DNA of 64,000 nucleotides. Origin: Patescibacteria group bacterium. Lineage in GTDB: Bacteria; Patescibacteriota; UBA1384; JBBRAU01. The notes beneath the pieces are model-generated. The model did no database searches. It was not told the origin of the DNA and saw only the letters and a list, made by a program, of their open reading frames with translations. The DNA lies in NCBI GenBank assembly GCA_038206475.1, contig JBBRAU010000001.1, positions 141,732 through 205,731 on the forward strand. The letters are read 5' to 3'. Within the stretch, counting starts at the first letter, position 1; every line of letters begins with the position of its first letter. Shown piece after piece: positions 20,018 through 26,231 of the stretch. The translations under genes were made by a program, and so were the position numbers.

Positions 20018-20664
20018 CCAAGGCCAAGGTTGAGAAGCAGCGCTACAAACTAGCAGTTACCGGCTCAGCCGAGGGGCTTTGTGCTGAGTGCGGATATGAA
20101 AAGGCTTACCAAGTTGGTGAGGAGATCGCCAAGCAGGGAGCTATTTTGCTGAACGGGGCAACCAAGGGCATTCCGCACTTTGCTGCATATGGCGCCAAGG
20201 CGCACCAGGGTTTTACGATCGGCTTTTCGCCAGCTATCTCCAAAAAGGAACACGTCAAAAAATACGCTTTGCCGCTTGATGTGTTAGATATCGTCGTCTA
20301 CACCGGCTTCAACTACTCTGGCCGGAACTTGATGCTGACACGGGCAGCTGACGCCGTCGTGATGGTTTGTGGCCGCATCGGCACGCTAAATGAGTTTACC
20401 GCTGCTTTTGAAGACGGCAAGTTGATCGGTGTGTTAACGCACTCTGGCGGCATGTCCGGCGAAATTGAGCATATTTTAAAAATTGCTAAGCGCGGCCGCG
20501 GCCGCGTCATATACAACAGCAACCCAAAAGCCTTGGTTCAGGAGCTGATTCAGCACATTGCAACTGACGAGCGGGTCAACTTTCATGCCACGGCAGCTGA
20601 GATGCGCGGACGGGATTTAGACTTGATGCGCGCTCATCCCTCTAAATGTCCGCTGCCTGAATGA
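19957..20664 (+). CDS. LOG/TIGR00725-family Rossmann-fold nucleotide-binding protein
   Basis: KLAVTGSAEG...GATKGIPHFAAYGAKAHQG..TIG.....VVMVCGRIGTLNEF matches the LOG/TIGR00725 pattern. The only canonical start is ATG 19957, which overlaps the upstream gene by 61 nt in another frame. Confidence 0.6.
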   Translation: MGHPRPRKPEHENDGHRQIVAKAKVEKQRYKLAVTGSAEGLCAECGYEKAYQVGEEIAKQGAILLNGATKGIPHFAAYGAKAHQGFTIGFSPAISKKEHVKKYALPLDVLDIVVYTGFNYSGRNLMLTRAADAVVMVCGRIGTLNEFTAAFEDGKLIGVLTHSGGMSGEIEHILKIAKRGRGRVIYNSNPKALVQELIQHIATDERVNFHATAAEMRGRDLDLMRAHPSKCPLPE

Positions 20665-20668
20665 CGTT

Positions 20669-22024
20669 GTGCTGAAGCTAACATTTGCTGGTGCTGCCGG
20701 CGAAGTCACCGGCAGCTGTCACCACCTGGCGACGCCTCACGGCAATCTACTCATTGACTGCGGCTTCTTTCAGGGTCGCCGCCTGGCTGAGGCCAAAAAC
20801 CACGACCCGTTTCCCTTCAACCCAGCCGAAGTGTCGGCGGTGTTGTTGACTCATGCTCATTTAGATCACGTCGGCCGTTTGCCGAAGCTAGTTGAAGAAG
20901 GTTTCCCGGGGCCAATTTACGCCACAGAAGCGACGGCTGAATTGGCCAAGCTGGTACTGCTAGATACGGTTGGCATTTTGGCCGAGCATGCCGAGCAAGA
21001 CGGCACCCTGCCTCTTTACGGTCGCGCTGATGTAGAGGCTACGCTCAAGCGCTTCAAGGCCATTCAGCTTGACGAGCCGTTTTCACCACTGCCGGCTGTA
21101 CGGGCGGCTGCTCGCGAGGCTGGCCATATTCTTGGTTCAGTCTTCTTTGAGCTGGAAGCTGACGGTAAACGGTTGGTGTTCTCCGGCGATCTCGGTAACG
21201 TGCCTTCGCCGCTGCTGAACCCCTCGACAGAACCAGTGCAAGGCCACGTGGTGGTCATAGAGTCCACTTACGGCGGTAAAACGCATGAGGCAGCCGAGAG
21301 CCGTCTAAAAACGGTGCATACGGCACTGGATCAGATTATTGCCAAGCGCGGCACACTCTTAATTCCGGCCTTTGCCATTGAGCGCACCCAAGAGCTACTG
21401 TTTTTCATTGACGCCCTGGCTCGCCACCGCGAAATTCGGGCGTTGCCGGTCTTCTTGGACAGCCCGCTAGCGATTGAAGTGACCAATATCTATAAGCGCT
21501 TCCCCGGTTTATTTCAGCCAAAAATTGCCGAGGAGCTGAAACACGGCAGCGATCCCTTCAACTTTCCTTTTCTCAAAATGACGCGCTCGGTGCAGGCCTC
21601 GCGCCAAATCAACCACATTCCCGGCCCCAAAGTAGTGATTGCCGGCGCTGGCATGATGGAGGGCGGACGTATTCACCACCACTTAATTCGGCACCTCGAC
21701 GAAGAAACGACCACGCTGCTAATAGTCGGTTTTCAGTCGCCTGGCACCTTGGGGAGGGAGATCGCCGACGGCGCCAAGCAAGTAGAGCTGGAAGGCCAGC
21801 CAGTTAAAGTACGCGCTCAGGTTGAGCAGGTGCAGGCCTTTTCCGCGCACGCAGATGAACCGCAACTACTGCACTTTTTGTCGGCGCTGAAGGCACCGCC
21901 TGAGCACTTATTTACCGTTCATGGCGAGCCAGAGAGCAGTCAAGCGCTTCTGTTGGCGATCAAAAAAGCTCACGGCTGGAGCGGCCTGGCACCGAAACTT
22001 GGCCAGACCGTTTCGCTCGACTAA
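20669..22024 (+). CDS. MBL-fold beta-CASP metallo-hydrolase (RNA-metabolising, CPSF/RNase J-like)
   Basis: LLTHAHLDHVG motif 2, beta-CASP motifs (FSGDLG, SAHAD). GTG start lies 5 nt after the upstream stop. Confidence 0.8.
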   Translation: MLKLTFAGAAGEVTGSCHHLATPHGNLLIDCGFFQGRRLAEAKNHDPFPFNPAEVSAVLLTHAHLDHVGRLPKLVEEGFPGPIYATEATAELAKLVLLDTVGILAEHAEQDGTLPLYGRADVEATLKRFKAIQLDEPFSPLPAVRAAAREAGHILGSVFFELEADGKRLVFSGDLGNVPSPLLNPSTEPVQGHVVVIESTYGGKTHEAAESRLKTVHTALDQIIAKRGTLLIPAFAIERTQELLFFIDALARHREIRALPVFLDSPLAIEVTNIYKRFPGLFQPKIAEELKHGSDPFNFPFLKMTRSVQASRQINHIPGPKVVIAGAGMMEGGRIHHHLIRHLDEETTTLLIVGFQSPGTLGREIADGAKQVELEGQPVKVRAQVEQVQAFSAHADEPQLLHFLSALKAPPEHLFTVHGEPESSQALLLAIKKAHGWSGLAPKLGQTVSLD

Positions 22025-22166
22025 CCTGACACTTCTAAACAAGCTATCCGCCAGAGGGCGGATTTTTGTTTGGCTAAACTTGGTTTTTTACGCTTGTAAC
22101 AATACAGAGGGGGAGTATATAGTGGATTTAAGCCAGTATGGTGGGGACAACGTGAAAAGGAGATGC

Positions 22167-22385
22167 ATGGACGAAGCCACTCGCGGCAAATTACAAAATC
22201 GCCTCCATCGGCTGGAGGGACAACTGCGGGGGATCGAAAACATGGTCTATGCCGAGCGCGACCTGGCTGAGGTAGTGCAGCAGCTGTGGGCCGTACGCGG
22301 CAGTGTGACTGCCGTGGTGCTTAGCTTGATTGAAGCTGAAGAGGCTTCACCCGAGCTTCTCAAGCGACTGCTCCGCTCGGTGTAG
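22167..22385 (+). CDS. CsoR/RcnR/FrmR-like (DUF156) small helical regulator lacking the usual Cys/His metal ligands
   Basis: 72 aa: MDEATRGKLQNRLHRLEGQLRGIENMVYAERDLAEVVQQLWAVRGSVTAVVLSLIEAEE matches the L.RL.RIEGQ.RGI..M pattern. AAAAGGAG sits 4 nt before ATG 22167. The ORF track extends to 21921. Confidence 0.55.
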   Translation: MDEATRGKLQNRLHRLEGQLRGIENMVYAERDLAEVVQQLWAVRGSVTAVVLSLIEAEEASPELLKRLLRSV

Positions 22386-23094
22386 TGCTCTCCTCTTCAG
22401 GACTAGACATCGGAATGGTCACCTGGGCAAGCGTGCCTACTTTCTGACCGGTCGAGGGGTCTTTGAGCTCGAAGTAGCGCGGTGGGATACCGAGTGCGTC
22501 CAAAATCATTGAACCCATACCACCTTCGCGGTCACCAGTCACTTCTACACGTTGTTCGCTACTTAAGTTCTTAGCTGATGTTGCCTCATCTCGACGAGCG
22601 TTCAATGCCTGCAAGCTGATCCCGCCACGATCGCGAAACTCCAACTGCAACTCATGGCGGGCATTATTCCAATCGGCGGTGAAGCCAAAACTACCTACCT
22701 CGAGCGGTCGGTTGGGGTCATGGAGTGTGCCATGCGCGGCAGCATTGCTGGCTAGTTCGTCAAAGCCAAGCTCCAGGGTGTCTTTAGCTGCGCTCTCAAC
22801 GAATCGGCGGCCAAGAGCTTGTCGTACGAGCCTAACAGCCAACGGGTCACTCGGTACTTCAATTTCGACGTGTGGATGAATAAAAAAGTAATCCGTTAAA
22901 GCACAAACGGCAGTTTCTTGGCCCGCTTCGTCCTTGCTGCCGGTCATAATCCTGTCTTTTACCAGACTGAACAGTATTTCGGTCAGCTCGCTCGAACTTA
23001 TTGTTGCTTCGGGCTTTGGTGCGGCCTCAACTGGCCGTACCCACCATTCCGGCTTTTCTTGCCTCGCGGGCGGTGGTGTAAGTATCTCAGGCAT
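22360..23094 (-). CDS. GHKL/HATPase_c-domain protein (anti-sigma-factor RsbW/SpoIIAB-like serine kinase)
   Basis: N-box ELASNAAAHG, G1 EFRDRGGIS and G2 GGMGSMILDALG. ATG 23094 (MPEILT) lies 2 nt downstream of the L,D-transpeptidase stop. The ORF-track N-terminal extension to 23448 overlaps that gene and reads as nonsense. Confidence 0.6.
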   Translation of the reverse strand: MPEILTPPPARQEKPEWWVRPVEAAPKPEATISSSELTEILFSLVKDRIMTGSKDEAGQETAVCALTDYFFIHPHVEIEVPSDPLAVRLVRQALGRRFVESAAKDTLELGFDELASNAAAHGTLHDPNRPLEVGSFGFTADWNNARHELQLEFRDRGGISLQALNARRDEATSAKNLSSEQRVEVTGDREGGMGSMILDALGIPPRYFELKDPSTGQKVGTLAQVTIPMSSPEEESTTPSGAVA

Positions 23095-24544
23095 GGACGT
23101 AGACCACCGTGCCGACATCGGTCCAATCATACAGTTGGGCGGCATTGGCATCAGTGAGGCGAATGCAGCCGTGCGAAACCGGTGTACCAATGTGACCGGC
23201 GCCTTCTTTGGCGCCGCTTGGCCACTCAGGCAAAGCGTGCAAACCGTAAGAGCTGCCGATAAACGGCATCCAATATGGCATATAGAGGCCGAAGGTCGCC
23301 GAATAGGCGCGGACTGATTTGCCATCCTGAACGTGGAAGACGCCAATTGGCGTCGGTGTTGACCATTTGCCGGTCGAAACGCCAGCTGACAGAAACTGTT
23401 GATCACCATCCCAGGCAATAAGCTGCTGCGATGACAGGTCAACTTCAATGTATTTACCGGGATAAAGGCCAGGGGTAAACGCTGGCGTAATCTTTTTTAC
23501 CCCGGCAGCAACTGCTCTGACGGTCACTTGGGCCGAGGAAGTTGTTTGGTAGCTGTCGGTTAGTGCTTTACTGATGGCGGCAAAGGTGGCGTCGCGGTCA
23601 ATTTTACTGCCGTCTCGGCCCTCTTTCTGAACTGCTCCAGTGAGGGTATTCACTTCGCGGGCGACGGCCGGTCGCTCAACGTGCTCGGCGATTGTGTCCA
23701 GACTGCGATTGACGGCGTCTTGATCGATGGCCAGGTTGAGGATTTTGTCCTGGCGGGTGACGACTAGCCACTTCAGAATGTCTAGGCTGTCTACTTGATA
23801 GGTTTGGCTGCCGACCTGCAGCTGGAGTGGTGCACTACTCCACAGCTTCATTTCATCAGCCACACGGTTGGCCTCATCCGTGCTGACGCCGGGCGATTCA
23901 TCAGAGTAGTGCAGCACAATGGGCTGCTCTAGTTGGTTGCTACTCAGCGTTTTCAAGAGGTCGGCTTTAGTCTGGTCCACATCAATATGCTTGCCGGTTT
24001 TGGCTGGCACAACAATAACTTGGCCGTTTTTGCTGCTGACAGCGGCATCTTGAGCGGTGGTTTGAGCTGTTTTTAAGCTTGTAGCCACGGCGTTGGCAAA
24101 TTGGCCGCCGTCGAGCTGCCAGTGCAATGGGTCGTGGTTTGGCCAGATCAGTCCGGCCAGCATTTCGCTGAGGCTGTCCCAAAAGGCGCTGTGGTGGCCG
24201 GACTGCCAGCTCTGGCTAACGGCGCCGGCAATATCGAGGCTGGCGCCAAGTTCCGTTACGGGCATCGCGGCTAGAAAGCTTGCGCCATCGCTAAAATGGG
24301 CTGACTGCTGTTCAAGGTAGCTCTTAGCCGCGACCAATTTGTCACGTGCCTCGCGGCGGGTCAGGCCAGCCACCGAGATGCCGCCGATAGATGTCCGCGG
24401 CAAAAAGCGGTGGGCGTAGCTCTCGTGGTAGCCAACCAACAGTAAAATAACAAAGGCCGCCGTGAAGAAGGCCAACAAACCGGACCGGATGGCCAGGTGT
24501 AGCCGATGACGTGGTTTCGGCGGATTAATTGACATTTTTATCAT
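23087..24544 (-). CDS. L,D-transpeptidase (YkuD domain) with N-terminal TM and VanW-like/peptidoglycan-binding region
   Basis: C-terminal catalytic motif GVFHV...GTPVSHGCIRL. N-terminal TM (LLAFFTAAFVILLLVGY) followed by a VanW-like segment. Confidence 0.8.
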   Translation of the reverse strand: MIKMSINPPKPRHRLHLAIRSGLLAFFTAAFVILLLVGYHESYAHRFLPRTSIGGISVAGLTRREARDKLVAAKSYLEQQSAHFSDGASFLAAMPVTELGASLDIAGAVSQSWQSGHHSAFWDSLSEMLAGLIWPNHDPLHWQLDGGQFANAVATSLKTAQTTAQDAAVSSKNGQVIVVPAKTGKHIDVDQTKADLLKTLSSNQLEQPIVLHYSDESPGVSTDEANRVADEMKLWSSAPLQLQVGSQTYQVDSLDILKWLVVTRQDKILNLAIDQDAVNRSLDTIAEHVERPAVAREVNTLTGAVQKEGRDGSKIDRDATFAAISKALTDSYQTTSSAQVTVRAVAAGVKKITPAFTPGLYPGKYIEVDLSSQQLIAWDGDQQFLSAGVSTGKWSTPTPIGVFHVQDGKSVRAYSATFGLYMPYWMPFIGSSYGLHALPEWPSGAKEGAGHIGTPVSHGCIRLTDANAAQLYDWTDVGTVVYVHA

Positions 24545-24742
24545 TTTTCACAATTATTTTGATAGGGTCTGTTTTTTTCTATCGTACAGACAATCACCGA
24601 CCAGTAAAATGGGTGCGTAAGAACCTGCTCCTTCGGAACAGAACCTTTTCACTTGACGCTCCTGATAGCTCACTGGTTTGACGGGTAGGCTTACCACGCC
24701 AGTGGCAAGCCTTTGCAATAGATTTGCAGAATTGATGAACAC

Positions 24743-24818
24743 GGGTGCGTAGCTCAGTGGTTAGAGCAGACGGCTTATATCCGTCCGGTCCTAGGTTCGA
24801 TCCCTAGCGCACCCACCA
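24743..24818 (+). tRNA. tRNA-Ile, anticodon UAU (genomic TAT)
   Basis: Hand fold: acceptor GGGTGCG/CGCACCC, D-arm GCTC-AGTGGTTA-GAGC, anticodon stem GACGG/CCGTC, loop CTTATAT (T33, A37), T-arm CTAGG-TTCGATC-CCTAG, encoded CCA. Confidence 0.8.
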
Positions 24819-24969
24819 GCCACATACCCACATTGGTGTGTGGACATGTGACTGGTGTAGGAGATAGATCGAACCGGCAAGCGTAGTTTGCTTGGTGAGA
24901 GCCCATGAGACGAACAACGTGAGTCGCAAGGTTCTGCTGCGCAGCAGCAGGTTCTTTGCGCACCCACCA
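24807..24969 (+). repeat. direct 12-nt repeat GCGCACCCACCA (tRNA-Ile 3' end, 24807-24818, and copy at 24958-24969) flanking a 139-nt hairpin-rich segment
   Basis: Exact 12-mer occurs twice. The intervening segment contains the palindromes GCAAGCgtagtttGCTTGg and CTGCTGCGCAGCAG. Confidence 0.7.
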
Positions 24970-25187
24970 ACGATCATCTAAAGATGCGTGCCTTACGATC
25001 TTCTAAATCAGTATAATGCCATTGTCGCACTTGGTGGTGACGTCTCGCCTGAAAGCGGGCTTAATCCACAAGCTCAGAAGTGTGTTGAGAAAAGCACTGG
25101 AAGGGGGTAGGTAGCTGGGATGTAGACTAGGCATAGCCAAGAAATCCAATAACCATGACTTGCGAAAGTGAAAAAATAAGCATGATC

Positions 25188-25213
25188 AAAAACACCGGCT
25201 AGCCGGTGTTTTT
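25188..25213. terminator. bidirectional rho-independent terminator
   Basis: aaaaaCACCGGCtaGCCGGTGttttt. Perfect 7-bp stem flanked by an A-run and a T-run, 22 nt downstream of the minus-strand small gene 25235..25492. Confidence 0.75.
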
Positions 25214-25234
25214 GAATGTTGTGATCGGGGGCGG

Positions 25235-25492
25235 TTAGCTTGGGCCTGGAGAAGGGGAGGTGCTGTCAGTTGCGCTTGGGGTGCTGCTCACGGAACTCTC
25301 TGGCAGGACGCCACTTTGATCGGTTGCGGTGTCGGTAGGTACCACCGTACTGCTCTGGTCAACGCCGGTGTTGGTCGTTGCGGCGTTGCCTTTGGTGGAG
25401 TAGCGATACACGGCCACCACAATCAAGACAACAATAACAACTAGCACCAATGTTGCCGTACTGCTCATGCCGGCTTTTGCAGTTTTGGACAT
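25235..25492 (-). CDS. small membrane-anchored protein with Ser/Thr/Pro-rich tail (85 aa)
   Basis: MSKTAKAGMSSTATLVLVVIVVLIVVAVYRY TM helix followed by a low-complexity tail. AAAGGA sits 6 nt before the ATG and the terminator is immediately downstream. Confidence 0.55.
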   Translation of the reverse strand: MSKTAKAGMSSTATLVLVVIVVLIVVAVYRYSTKGNAATTNTGVDQSSTVVPTDTATDQSGVLPESSVSSTPSATDSTSPSPGPS

Positions 25493-26231
25493 AACAATCC
25501 TTTCGTTTCTTGTTTATAGCAGTATTCGCGAAAACCTGAAGCTTAAGGGGCTAAGCGAGCCAAAAGGCGCGTATGGTTAGCCCGTTAGCTCACATGGTGA
25601 AGCGAAGCTGCTAATACGTTATCTCATGCGTCAAGCAGGTGGAAAACCCGACCACAAGTTCGTCGGTTCTTCATACCATGACCAACTCAGCTGAGAAGCG
25701 GCTGAGCCAGTGCACTCCTCTATTGAAAGGGAATTTCCAGAAAATACAAGATTGACGGGGCAGCCGACGTCTTGCTAGCGTTCTAGGCGGTAACACGTTT
25801 GTACCTATGGTCTGCGCCAGCGGGCCCAGAGGTTCTGAAGCAATGCTTTAGGTCCTCAGGACCGGCAACACTTGATCCAGCGGTGTACCGCCGGATCCAT
25901 GCAAAAGGAGGGGCGGCTAGTCTTTCGTCGAAGCAGCATAGTTGTTTGCGACCGATTGACGGCCCGTGGCAGTGCCACGCTCGTTTGCACGATAAGCAGG
26001 CTATGGGAAGTGGCGGTCGTGCCGCAGCACCACCCTTGTGACTGAATGATATTTTTGGGCCCGCCTCGCTGCGTCGAGCGCCGGCCACACTCTTGCCGTC
26101 TGCTTATATACGAAGCAGCCAGTTTTTGCTAATCAGGCGGCCGGAGTCCTGATTTCTCTTAGCCTGCGCTCCAATTTCTGGAGGGCAGAGATTAAAATTG
26201 AAAAATGAGCATATAGAAAGAAAGGAAGCAG

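Noticed and set aside
22360-23448. 362-aa minus-strand ORF from the track
   Set aside because: Its N-terminal 118 aa overlap the L,D-transpeptidase gene in another frame and read as low-complexity nonsense. The real gene starts at ATG 23094, 2 nt after the upstream stop.
24840-24930. Second tRNA (minus strand) suggested by GATCGAACC, the reverse complement of a T-loop
   Set aside because: The reverse-complement sequence cannot form a T-stem (GCCGG versus TATCT) or an acceptor stem, so it is not a tRNA.
25493-26231. RNase P RNA, tmRNA or SRP RNA in the long non-coding interval
   Set aside because: I searched both strands by eye for P4 strands (GGAAAGUCCGG / ACAGAA-CCGGCUUA), a tmRNA acceptor/T-arm ending CCACCA, and SRP domain IV (GGAAGCAGCCAAGG). 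Only partial, non-diagnostic matches were found (for example GAAGCAGCCA at ~26118). Left as an unclassified structured region.
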